From positions 1 to 33,979 of the forward strand of contig CALWWH010000266.1 in assembly GCA_944385195.1 (NCBI GenBank): a DNA stretch of 33,979 nucleotides. Reading direction: 5' to 3'. A program made the translations under genes and the position numbers. Below, in pieces: positions 11,117 to 20,400 of the stretch. The notes under the pieces are model-generated. The model saw only the letters and a list, made by a program, of their open reading frames with translations, was not told the DNA's origin and did not search any database. Position 1 is the first letter of the stretch. Each line of letters starts with the position of its first letter. The stretch comes from an uncultured Oscillospiraceae bacterium (GTDB taxonomy: Bacteria > Bacillota > Clostridia > Oscillospirales > Oscillospiraceae).

Positions 11117-11854
11117 TTATCTGGCCGCCAGATAGCGCTCAGCCTCTTGCAGCTGCTCGAGGGTGTTGACGCCCAGAAGCTCCTCGTTGAGCTGGCGGCT
11201 GTAGACCTTTACCAGATCGCCATCCCGGCGCAAAATGGCCGGGATATCGGTGAGATAGTACTCCCCCTGGGCATTGTCGGTGGTCAGCCGGTCCAGCGCG
11301 CCCAGCAGCTTCTGCGCGTCGAAGGCATAGATGCCGCAGTTGAGCTCCGGAATCTGCTTTTGCTCCGGGGTACAGTCGCGGTCCTCGACGATCTCGAGGA
11401 AATTGCCCTCTGCGTCCCGGAGGATACGGCCATAGGCCAGGTTTCTATCCGAGGTGCCCGCTAAGAGGGTGCAGGCGGCGCCGCTGGCCATATGCGCCGC
11501 TAAAAGCGCCTCATAGCTCGCCTGACGCATCAGCGGCATATCGCCGTAGCAGATCAGGACGGTGCCTTCAAAGCCCTCCAGGGCCGCTCTGGCACACATG
11601 ACGGCGTGGCCGGTGCCCAGCTGCGGCTCCTGTACGACGTGGACACAGGAGGGAAAGGCCTCCATTACGGCCTCTTTCATAAAACCAACCACCAGGATGA
11701 TGTCTTCTCGCCGCACAAAGGACAGGGCATCCAGTACCCAGCCCAGCAGGGGCTTGCCATAGGCAACGCGCAGGGCCTTGGGCAGGTGATACTGCTCCGA
11801 TTGCAGCCGGGTCCCCTTGCCGCCGGCCAATACAACAACCTTGATTGCGTCCAT
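11117..11854 (-). CDS. Sugar-1-phosphate nucleotidyltransferase, GlmU N-terminal-domain-like (no acetyltransferase domain)
   Basis: Motifs 'VVLAGGKGTRL', 'LPKAL', 'EPQLGTGHAV', 'YGDMPL' and 'GEYYLTD', as in the GlmU pyrophosphorylase domain. At 245 aa it lacks the left-handed beta-helix half. Confidence 0.8.
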   Translation of the reverse strand: MDAIKVVVLAGGKGTRLQSEQYHLPKALRVAYGKPLLGWVLDALSFVRREDIILVVGFMKEAVMEAFPSCVHVVQEPQLGTGHAVMCARAALEGFEGTVLICYGDMPLMRQASYEALLAAHMASGAACTLLAGTSDRNLAYGRILRDAEGNFLEIVEDRDCTPEQKQIPELNCGIYAFDAQKLLGALDRLTTDNAQGEYYLTDIPAILRRDGDLVKVYSRQLNEELLGVNTLEQLQEAERYLAAR

Positions 11855-11868
11855 GGGAATGCTCCTTT

Positions 11869-11904
11869 CAAAACGGACAACGCCGCCGGAGGGCTCCGGC
11901 GGCG
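11869..11904 (-). terminator. Terminator hairpin after acpP
   Basis: Minus-strand hairpin ACGCCGCCGGAG-cc-CTCCGGCGGCGT (12-bp stem) followed by tgtccgTTTT. Confidence 0.6.
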
Positions 11905-11914
11905 TCGGTTTGGG

Positions 11915-12145
11915 TTAGATGTTATCTTCGATGAGCTTTACGACGTCGCCGACGGTCTTGATGCCGGTCAATTCTTCCTCGGCAGCGGAGATGGAGAATT
12001 CCTCTTCCAGAGACATCATCAGCTCCACCAGATCGAGAGAGTCAGCACCCAGATCCTCAAAGGTAGTGGCCTCAGTGATAGCGTCCTCATCAAAGCCCAG
12101 CTGGTCAGCCAGCAGGGAGCGAACCTTCTCAAATACCACAGTCAT
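11915..12145 (-). CDS. acpP: Acyl carrier protein
   Basis: 76 aa with the phosphopantetheine attachment motif 'LGADSLDLVELMMSLEEEF'. Confidence 0.9.
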   Translation of the reverse strand: MTVVFEKVRSLLADQLGFDEDAITEATTFEDLGADSLDLVELMMSLEEEFSISAAEEELTGIKTVGDVVKLIEDNI

Positions 12146-12201
12146 ACACCTCCCACGTAACAGATCACGCTCAGGTCTGAGCGCGGTGTTTTACCTACAT
12201 C

Positions 12202-12230
12202 AGTATAGACATGTCAGAACAAAAAAGCAA
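12202..12230 (-). promoter_or_regulatory. Sigma-A-type promoter for acpP (TTGCTT-17 nt-TATACT)
   Basis: On the minus strand, -35 is at 12230-12225 and -10 at 12207-12202, with a 17-nt spacer. Confidence 0.5.
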
Positions 12231-12259
12231 GAGGGACTTTGCATTTTCTCACTCTTTTT

Positions 12260-13279
12260 TTATTTGCTGCCAGAAATGGTCCCCCCGCCCAGGACATAGG
12301 GGCCGTCGTAGAACACTGCCGCCTGCCCGGGGGTCACTGCCCGCTGAGGAGTGGTAAACCGCAGCTCGACCCCGGATTGTGTGGGGATTACCGTAGCACA
12401 GCTGCGATTTCGGGTATATCGCAGCGCGACCTCGGCCTCAATAGGGGCTGTAGGCGGAGCGATGCTCACCCAGTTGCAGTCCTGGACAAAGACGGTCCTG
12501 CTATACAGTGAGGACTCCGATCCGACGATCACGTCGGCGCCCTCCTTGCGCAGGACATATACCGGCGCGCCACAGGAAAGGCCCAAGCCCTTGCGCTGGC
12601 CGAGGGTGTAGCGCTCGGCGCCTCTGTGAGGACCCAACTCGCGGCCATCTTCGTGCAGAAAACGGCCCGGCATCAGCTGAAGGCCCTGGGTTTGCAGATA
12701 GGCTGCGTAATCTCCGTCGGGGATGAAACAGATGTCCTGACTGTCCTTCTTTTGGGCCACTGGCAGCTGAAATTCCTCCGCAATCGCCCGGACGCGCTGC
12801 TTGGCCAGCGTGCCGATGGGAAAACAGCTGTGCGCCAGCTGGCGCTGGGTCAGACAATAGAGAAAATAGGTCTGATCCCGGCTCGGGTCATCCCCCGCCC
12901 GGAGGGCGTAGCGCTCCCCACTGCGCTCGATACGGGCATAGTGCCCGGTAGCGATGGTGTCGTAGCCCCTGGCCAGTGCCCAGTCCAGCATCCGGCCAAA
13001 CTTCATACGGCGATTGCAGAGGGTGCAGGGATTTGGCGTCTGGCCGCGGCGATAGCAGTCGATGAAAGGCGCTATAACCGCCTCGCGGAACGCCGCCTGG
13101 GCCTCCAGCACTTCAAAGGGAATCCCCAACGCAGCGCAGACCCGGGCTGCGTCGCCGGTGTCGTTGTGGGGCTGCAGGCGCATCATGATGCCGGCCACAT
13201 CCAGCCCCTGCTGCTGTAAGAGGGCTGCCGCCACGGAGCTGTCTACGCCGCCGGACATCGCTATACACACCCGGCTCAA
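12260..13279 (-). CDS. mnmA: tRNA 2-thiouridine(34) synthase MnmA
   Basis: PP-loop 'AMSGGVDSSVAA', 'PNPCTLCNRRMKF' and 'ATGHYAR'. The TTG start overlaps the upstream stop (TTGA). Confidence 0.93.
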   Translation of the reverse strand: MSRVCIAMSGGVDSSVAAALLQQQGLDVAGIMMRLQPHNDTGDAARVCAALGIPFEVLEAQAAFREAVIAPFIDCYRRGQTPNPCTLCNRRMKFGRMLDWALARGYDTIATGHYARIERSGERYALRAGDDPSRDQTYFLYCLTQRQLAHSCFPIGTLAKQRVRAIAEEFQLPVAQKKDSQDICFIPDGDYAAYLQTQGLQLMPGRFLHEDGRELGPHRGAERYTLGQRKGLGLSCGAPVYVLRKEGADVIVGSESSLYSRTVFVQDCNWVSIAPPTAPIEAEVALRYTRNRSCATVIPTQSGVELRFTTPQRAVTPGQAAVFYDGPYVLGGGTISGSK

Positions 13280-13872
13280 AGCTCAAGATCCCCCGTATCC
13301 ATCAAAATATACCACTGGGTCATGATTGCCACCGCTGTGGGGTCCTCAGCGCAGATGTCGTCTTCATCATAGACGATGCAGATAAAACCGTTGGGGTTGT
13401 AATAGAGATAAAAGCACACGTGGCCCTGGTCGTCGATGGCGATGTTATATAGGCGCATATCCTCGATGACCTCTTCGGTGGTGGGAGACTCGATGGAGAG
13501 CGCTGCTTCAGAGTCTGCGAACAGGCGCTCAATCGCCGCCTCAAAGGTTTCGTCCATCAGGGACGCCGGGTCGACTGCCTGGCCATCCTGCCAATAGAGG
13601 GGCTCGCCGCTGGCAGTACGCAGTACCTTGAGGCCCGGATAGCGGTGGAGAATATCCGCCGCCTGCTGATACTCCATGCTCTGAGCGGTAAAGCCCTCAC
13701 GGCTGGCGGCGACACGGTCGAGATAATCTTGGCTGCTGGTCAATTCAGTACTATGGCCGATCATGATCAGCAGGCCGTAGCCCACGAAGCAGCCCAGCAA
13801 AATGGCGATCACCATTCCCAGCAGACAGCGTCCCAGAGTCGGCAGGAACTCGTCCCGCGGTTTTTCAGCCAT
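13276..13872 (-). CDS. Hypothetical N-terminally membrane-anchored protein
   Basis: A strong AAGGAG RBS lies 7 nt before the ATG. One N-terminal TM helix ('CLLGMVIAILLGCFVGYGLLIMI'). I recognise no motif. The gene overlaps both neighbours (8 nt with mscL, 4 nt with mnmA). Confidence 0.6.
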   Translation of the reverse strand: MAEKPRDEFLPTLGRCLLGMVIAILLGCFVGYGLLIMIGHSTELTSSQDYLDRVAASREGFTAQSMEYQQAADILHRYPGLKVLRTASGEPLYWQDGQAVDPASLMDETFEAAIERLFADSEAALSIESPTTEEVIEDMRLYNIAIDDQGHVCFYLYYNPNGFICIVYDEDDICAEDPTAVAIMTQWYILMDTGDLEL

Positions 13873-14329
13873 GGTTGTTCTCCTTCAGCAGGTCGCGGAT
13901 CTCGGCCAAGAGCTTCTCCTCAGCGCTGGGCTCAGGCGGCGCGGGCGGGGCCGCAGGAACCTTTTTCCTGCCAATACCGGCCAGACGGTTCAGACCCTTC
14001 ACCAGCCAGAACACCACCAGCGCCAAAATCAGAAAGTTGATCACTGCGGAGATAAAATTGCCGTAGTTGAAGGTATTGAGGATGACGCTGCCGGATTCGT
14101 CCAGTTTGGCCTGGCCAAACAGACGCGGCAGGACAATCTTCATCTCGGAGAAATTCACGCCGCCCAGGAAGATGGAGAGGACCGGCATGAGGATATCGTC
14201 GGTCAGGCTCTTGGTGATGGTGGAGAAGGCCGCGCCGATGATGGTGCCGACGGCCAGGGCCATGGCATTGCCCTTGATGGCAAAGGTCTTGAATTCATCC
14301 CACCAGGAGGGCTTCTTCGGGGTTTTCAT
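13865..14329 (-). CDS. mscL: Large-conductance mechanosensitive channel
   Basis: 'EFKTFAIKGNAMALAVGTIIGAAF..I..SL..DILMP' and 'YGNFI..VINFLILALVVF' are classic MscL TM1/TM2 sequences. Confidence 0.9.
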   Translation of the reverse strand: MKTPKKPSWWDEFKTFAIKGNAMALAVGTIIGAAFSTITKSLTDDILMPVLSIFLGGVNFSEMKIVLPRLFGQAKLDESGSVILNTFNYGNFISAVINFLILALVVFWLVKGLNRLAGIGRKKVPAAPPAPPEPSAEEKLLAEIRDLLKENNHG

Positions 14330-14392
14330 GGTGTTTTCGCCTTTCGTAAGTGATTTTCAGGGCCGTTTGCGACCACGGCCGGGAGCTGCCCC

Positions 14393-15688
14393 CTATTTCT
14401 TCACAGGATGAATGACCTCAATGCCGCCCAGGTACTTGCTCAGAACCTCGGGGACGACAACGGAGCCATCGGCCAGCTGATTCTGCTCGACCATGGCCGG
14501 GAAGATGCGGGAGGTAGCAAGGCCGGAGCCATTGAGCGTGTGGACAAGCTCGGTCTTGCCGGTGGACTCCCGGCGGAAGCGGATGCCGCCGCGGCGGGCC
14601 TGATAGTCGCGGGCGTTGGAAACCGAGGAGACCTCCTTGTAGCCGTTCATGGACGGAATCTGAATCTCGATATCATAGGTGCGGGCCATGGAGGCGGAGC
14701 AGTCGCCGGCGGCCAGCTTCACGGTGCGGAAGTGGAAGCCCAATCCCTTGACCAGGTTCTCGGCCTTGCGGACCAGCTCGTCGAAGGCCTCGTCGGAGCC
14801 CTCCGGGGTGGTATACTGGAACATCTCGACCTTGTTGAACTGGTGGCCGCGAACCATGCCGCGCTCATCAGCCCGGTGAGAACCGGCCTCACGACGGAAG
14901 CACGGGGTGTAGGAGATAAACTTGCGGGGCAGATCAGCCTCGGCGAGAATCTCGTCGCGGTAAATGCTTGCCAGGGCCGCCTCGGCGGTGGGCAGCATAT
15001 AGTGAATGCGGTCGTCGGTGGGGTTGGCGATTTTGTAGACCTCGTCGGCGAACTTCGGGAACTGGCCGGCAGTCTCGCCGCAGGCGTACTCGAGCATATG
15101 CGGCGGCAGGATCAGCTCGTAGCCGTCGGCAATATGGGTGTCAATGAAATAGTTCAGCAGCGCCCACTCCAGTCGGGCGCCCATGCCTTTGTAGATCCAG
15201 AAACCAGAGCCGGCCAGCTTGACGCCGCGCTCGTAGTCGATCAGCCCCAGGGCGTTACACAGGTCGACGTGGTGCTTGGGCTCAAAATCGAACTTGTGAG
15301 GCTCGCCATAGTAGCGCAGGGGCTCGTTATTCTCCTTGCCGCCGGGCTTCAAGTCGGGATCGGGCAGGTTGGGCAGGGAGAGCATCAGGCTGTGGTATTC
15401 TGCCTCCACGGCGCGGAGCTTCTCAGCGTCGTCGGCGATGGCCTGCTTGAGCTCGCCCATGCGTTTCATCACGGGGGCGACATCCTCGCCGGCCTTCTTC
15501 AGCTGGGGAATCTGCTTAGAGACCTTGTTTTGCTCGGCTTTTTTGTTTTTAGTGTCGAAAATCAGCTGGCGGCGCTGCTCATCCAGCTCCAGGATGCGGT
15601 CAATCTCCCGGTCGCAGTCGACTTCTTTGGCTCTCAGACCGGCCTTGACGCCATTGGGGTCCTCTTTTATGCGTTTGATATCAAGCAT
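14393..15688 (-). CDS. serS: Seryl-tRNA synthetase
   Basis: N-terminal 'MLDIKRIKE' coiled-coil arm and class II motifs 'FRRE.GS', 'RGM.RGHQF.KVE' and 'LNGSGLA..R'. Confidence 0.96.
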   Translation of the reverse strand: MLDIKRIKEDPNGVKAGLRAKEVDCDREIDRILELDEQRRQLIFDTKNKKAEQNKVSKQIPQLKKAGEDVAPVMKRMGELKQAIADDAEKLRAVEAEYHSLMLSLPNLPDPDLKPGGKENNEPLRYYGEPHKFDFEPKHHVDLCNALGLIDYERGVKLAGSGFWIYKGMGARLEWALLNYFIDTHIADGYELILPPHMLEYACGETAGQFPKFADEVYKIANPTDDRIHYMLPTAEAALASIYRDEILAEADLPRKFISYTPCFRREAGSHRADERGMVRGHQFNKVEMFQYTTPEGSDEAFDELVRKAENLVKGLGFHFRTVKLAAGDCSASMARTYDIEIQIPSMNGYKEVSSVSNARDYQARRGGIRFRRESTGKTELVHTLNGSGLATSRIFPAMVEQNQLADGSVVVPEVLSKYLGGIEVIHPVKK

Positions 15689-15701
15689 GGTGTGATTTCT
15701 C

Positions 15702-16598
15702 CTATATCAGTGTATGATTCGTATTTTTCAGATCTAAATCCTCCAAAGCGGCCATAAGACGCTCTAAATCGTCCAGATCATAGAATTCCAATTCAAAGTG
15801 GCCCTTCTTTTTGCCCTGTACGATCTTGACCCCGCGGCCCAGCTTGCGCTCCAGCGAACGCTCGCACTCGGCCAGATAGTCCACCTGAAAGAGCGCCTTT
15901 GCGTCTTTGGCGGGCTTGGGCGCGCGGCCCTCCTGCTTGACCAGGGCCTCAGTCTGGCGGACGGACAACTGCCGCTGGACGATGATCTCCGCCAGCGCCG
16001 CCTGCCGCTGATCGCTCAGCGGGATCAGCGCCCGGGCGTGGCCCGGGGAGAGCTTGCCCTCCTTGACCAGGGCCTGTACCGGCTGGCACAGGTGCAGCAG
16101 CCGCAGGGCGGTGGCCACGGCAGAGCGGGATTTGCCGATCCGCTCGGAGATTTCCTCCTGGGTCAGGCCGTAGTCGTCTATCAAGCTGCGAAAGCCCTGG
16201 GCCTCTTCGATGGGGTTCAGGTCCTGCCGCTGCAAGTTCTCGATAAGAACCAGCTCCATGACGGTGCGGTCGTCGGCCTCAATGCAGTACACCGGCAGCT
16301 CGCTGAGTCCGGCGATGCGGGCGGCGCGCCAGCGGCGCTCGCCGGCGATGATCTGGTAAATCTCCCCCTGTTTGCGGACGGTCAGCGGCGAAATGACGCC
16401 GTGGGTCCGGATACTGTCGGCCAGGGCATCAAGCTCCTCGGGGCTAAAGTCCCGTCGGGGCTGGTGAGGGTTCGGCTCAATTTGGCTGATGGGGATTTTC
16501 GCTGCGGCGGCAGCCTCGGCCTCACTGCCCACTGGGGGGAGATCCCCAAAGAGCGCGCCCAGGCCCTTGCCCAGGCCTCTTGCTTTTGGTTGTGCCAA
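15702..16598 (-). CDS. spo0J: Chromosome partitioning protein ParB/Spo0J
   Basis: Motifs 'RGLGKGLGALF', 'I..IEPNP.QPR..F', 'GVISPLTVRK...YQIIAGERRWRAA' and the HTH 'LTQEEISERIGKSRSAVA'. TTG start. Confidence 0.93.
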   Translation of the reverse strand: MAQPKARGLGKGLGALFGDLPPVGSEAEAAAAAKIPISQIEPNPHQPRRDFSPEELDALADSIRTHGVISPLTVRKQGEIYQIIAGERRWRAARIAGLSELPVYCIEADDRTVMELVLIENLQRQDLNPIEEAQGFRSLIDDYGLTQEEISERIGKSRSAVATALRLLHLCQPVQALVKEGKLSPGHARALIPLSDQRQAALAEIIVQRQLSVRQTEALVKQEGRAPKPAKDAKALFQVDYLAECERSLERKLGRGVKIVQGKKKGHFELEFYDLDDLERLMAALEDLDLKNTNHTLI

Positions 16599-16616
16599 AA
16601 CTTGCTTTCTCCCTTC

Positions 16617-17369
16617 TTATCGCCTGCCGTAGATCTCTTTTGCCAGGGCCACATAGGCCTCGGCGCCGCGGCAGTACTTATCATAGGCTATGATTGGCAA
16701 TCCGTGGCTGGGCGCCTCAGAAAGCCGAACATTTCGCGGAATGACTGTGGTGAAGACCTTACCAGGAAAATGTCGCCGGACCTCGTCGGCCACCTGCATG
16801 GACAGGTTGACGCGGCCATCGTACATGGTCAGCAGTACGCCGAAGATCTCCAACCGGGGCCTGAAGCCCTTTTTCACGGCCCGCAGCGTGGTCATCAGGT
16901 CGCTCAGGCCCTCCAGGGCGTAATATTCGCACTGCACGGGCACGAGGATGCTCTCGGCGGCACACAGACCGTTGAGGGTCAGCAGCTCCAGAGAGGGCGG
17001 GCAGTCAATGAATATGTAATCATAGTTTGCTTTGAGGGGCTCGAGAATATCCCGCAGGCGAAACTCGCGGTGCTCCTCCATGACCAGCTCAATGCCCAGG
17101 CCCGACAGCGCCGGGCCGGAGGGAATCAGGTCGCCGAAGGGCGTAGAGACGATGGCCTCTGCCCCGCTGAGGCCATTGGTGACGGCCTCGTAGATGGTGA
17201 CGGGGTTTTTCTTAGTGACGCCGAGCCCGGAGGTGGCGTTGGCCTGGGGGTCAAAGTCGCACAGGAGCACCCTGGCACCCAGCTGCGACAGGCATGCCGT
17301 CAGATTGACCGCTGTCGTCGTCTTGCCGACGCCGCCCTTTTGGTTTACCACCGCAATGATCTGGCCCAT
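16617..17369 (-). CDS. soj: Chromosome partitioning ATPase ParA/Soj
   Basis: Deviant Walker A 'NQKGGVGKTTT', 'DFDPQANAT' and 'IFIDCPPSL'. AGGAGGG RBS. Confidence 0.93.
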   Translation of the reverse strand: MGQIIAVVNQKGGVGKTTTAVNLTACLSQLGARVLLCDFDPQANATSGLGVTKKNPVTIYEAVTNGLSGAEAIVSTPFGDLIPSGPALSGLGIELVMEEHREFRLRDILEPLKANYDYIFIDCPPSLELLTLNGLCAAESILVPVQCEYYALEGLSDLMTTLRAVKKGFRPRLEIFGVLLTMYDGRVNLSMQVADEVRRHFPGKVFTTVIPRNVRLSEAPSHGLPIIAYDKYCRGAEAYVALAKEIYGRR

Positions 17370-17401
17370 GCCCGTCCCTCCTGAAATCTTTGGTATCCTT
17401 T

Positions 17402-17429
17402 ATTATAACACACCGGGCAGGATTTGCAA
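17402..17429 (-). promoter_or_regulatory. Sigma-A-type promoter for soj-spo0J (TTGCAA-16 nt-TGtTATAAT)
   Basis: On the minus strand, -35 TTGCAA is at 17429-17424 and the consensus -10 TATAAT at 17407-17402, preceded by a TGt extended -10. Confidence 0.55.
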
Positions 17430-17442
17430 CCGCCAAGTGCGA

Positions 17443-17458
17443 TGTTTCACGTGAAACA
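17443..17458. promoter_or_regulatory. parS: parS site #3 (TGTTTCACGTGAAACA; 20-bp palindrome at 17441-17460)
   Basis: Exact parS 16-mer, 13 nt upstream of the soj promoter -35, between the polC stop and the soj start. Confidence 0.85.
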
Positions 17459-17497
17459 TCGCCGGGATCTTTTTCTTCCACTGCACGGCGGCTGAAT

Positions 17498-20400
17498 TTA
17501 AAATAAAGTCATCTGGCTGGTCTCCGGCAGGTCGCCAAAGGCCCCAGCGGCGCGAAGCTGCTCAATATGGGTCTTAGACACCTTCGGACAGGCCAGCTGA
17601 AACTCCTCGATGGAGAGAAATTGCCTGCCCTTGCGGCCCTCTGCAATGTCGTTGGCGGCCGTTTCGCCCAGCCCTGAGACGGACACAAAGGGCGGAAGGA
17701 GTTTGCCGTCTTTGATGTTGAACTTCAGCGGGTCAGACTCGTAAAGGTCGATGGGCAAAAATGCAAAGCCCCGGAGGTAAAACTCATAGCAGACCTCCAG
17801 GGTGGTCAGCAGATCCTGCTCCTTGGCGGTGGCCTCGTCGTTGGAAGAGATTTCCTTGATCTTTGCCTTGACCGTCTCGATCCCCCCGGTCATCATGGCG
17901 GCATCAAAGCCGTCCTTTTGGCTGCGGCGGTAGAAATAGGCGCTGTAAAAGGCCAGAGGCTCGTGAACCTTGAACCAGGCGATGCGGAAAGCCATCATCA
18001 CATAGGCCACGGCGTGGGCCTTCGGAAAGAGATAGGCGATGGTGCGGCAGGACTGGATATACCAATCCGGGACCCCTAATTCGCGCATCTTTTCCTCGCA
18101 GCCGGGCTTAAATCCACCTTTTTTAACCCTGCCCTTGCGGACGTCCTCCATGATGGAAAAGGCCATCTTTGGATCCATGCCCTTGCTGATCAGATAGAGC
18201 ATGATATCGTCGCGGCAGCCGATGGCCTCTTTGGCCGTACAGGTGCCGGAGGTGATCAGATCCTTGGCGTTGCCCAGCCAGACGTCCGTGCCGTGGGAGA
18301 AGCCCGAGATACGCACCAGGGTGTCAAATTCTTTGGGCATGGTGTCTTGCAGCATACCGCGGACAAAGCTGGTTCCAAACTCCGGAATCGCGCAGGAGCC
18401 CATTGGGCCAAGGATCTTGTCATTTTCAAAGCCAAGAACCTTGCTGGAAGTAAAGATACTCATGGTATCAGGGTCGTCCAGGGGGATCTTCTTGGCGTCG
18501 ATGCCGGTCATATCCTCCAGCATGCGGATCATGGTCGGGTCGTCGTGGCCCAGCATGTCCAGCTTCAGGAGATTGTCCTCCATGGAGTGATATTCAAAGT
18601 GGGTGGTGATGATGTCGGTGTCGGTGGAGTCCGCCGGGTGCTGGACCGGGCAGAAGTCGTAGATCTCGCTGTAGGCCGGGATGACGACCAGACCGCCCGG
18701 GTGCTGGCCGGTGGTGCGCTTGACGCCCACGCAGCCGGCGGCCAGGCGGTTTTCTTCCGCCTTGGGGATGTCGCGGTGGTGCTCCTCCATATACTTTTTC
18801 ACATAGCCGTAGGCGGTCTTCTCGGCGACGGTGCCGATGGTGCCTGCGCGGAAGACGTGGTCGGAGCCGAAAAGCTCAATGGTATAGCGGTGGGCGTCAG
18901 CCTGGTATTCGCCGGAAAAGTTCAGGTCGATGTCCGGGACCTTCGCCCCGCCAAAGCCCAGGAAGGTCTCAAAGGGGATGTCAAAGCCATCTTTGACGTA
19001 GGGGGTGCCGCAGATGGGGCAGACCGCGTCGGGCAGATCCGCGCCGCAGGCGTATTTGGGCGGGACATCAAAGTCGCTGTGGCGGCAGTTGGGACAGCGG
19101 TAGTGGGCCGGAAAGGCGTTGACCTCTGTAATGCCGGACAAAAAGGCGACGATGGAGGAGCCGACGGAGCCACGGCTGCCCACCAGGTAGTTGTGCTCTA
19201 GGGAGTCCTGCACCAGAATCTGCGCGCTCATGTAGATGGAGGCGTAGCCGCGGCCCAGAATATCGCCCAGCTCGGTCTCTACGCGGTCCTTCTGGGCCTG
19301 GGGCAGGCTCTCGTCATAGAGGGCGTTGAGCTTGCCGTAGACCAGGTCCTTCAGGCGCTGCTCGGCGTTTTCAATGTCAAAGGCGAACAGGCCCTTGGGG
19401 ACCGGGCTGATTTGCTCGCACATGTCGGCAATCTCGTTGGGATTTTTGATGACCACGTCATAGCAGGTCTGCTCGCCCAGGTAGGCAAACTCCTGGAGCA
19501 TCTCGTCGGTGGTTTTAAAATAGAGGGGCGTGGGTCTGTCCGCGTCGGCGAAGCCCTTGGAGGCCAGCAGCAGGCGGCGGTAGATCTCGTCCTCGGGGTT
19601 GAGGAAGTGCACGTCGCCGGTTGCGACGACGCGCTTGCCCAGCTTCTGGCCCAGGCGGACGATGGTGCGGTTGAACTGCCGCAGCTGCTCCTCGTCTCGG
19701 GCCTTGCCATTTTCGAGCATGAAGGCATTGTTGCACAGGGGCTGGATCTCCAAAAAGTCGTAGAAAGAGGCAATGCGCAGCAGTTCGTCCTCGCTCTTGC
19801 CGTCCACAACGGCCTGGAAGAGCTCGCCGGCTTCACAGGCCGAGCCCACGATGAGGCCCTCGCGCCACTTCATCAGTTCGGATTTCGGAATCCGGGGCAC
19901 GCGCTTAAAATAGTTGAGGTGGGCATAGGATACCAGGCGGTAGAGGTTGCGCAGGCCGGTGTTGTTTTTGGCAAAGAGGATCATATGCCGGGCCTGGCGG
20001 TCCAGAATGCGGCCGCCGCTGCGCAGGGCCTGCATATGGGGGTTGATGGCCTGGATGTCGAGGATGCCGGCCTCATGCAGCATTGCGAAAAAGCGCTGGA
20101 GCATATAGGCCACGGTAATGGCATCGTCTACGGCCCGGTGGTGCTGAAAATCCGGCAGGCTCAGGGCGTCGGCAACGATGTTGAGCTTGTACTTGCCCAG
20201 CTTTGGCAGCAGGTTCTGCGCCATGATGAGGGTGTCCAGGGAGGTATACTCGTAAGGCAGCCCCAGGCGCTGACAGGCATTACGGATAAAGGCCGTGTCA
20301 AAGTCCGCGTTGTGGGCCGCCAGGGGGCGGCCGCCGCAGAAGGCCAAGAACTCTGGTAGAACCTGATCAATGGTAGGGGCGCCTGCCAGCATGGCGTCGG

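Noticed and set aside
15689-15701. A T-box riboswitch expected upstream of serS.
   Set aside because: Only 13 nt separate spo0J and serS, so no leader can exist there. I recorded the absence as a finding instead.
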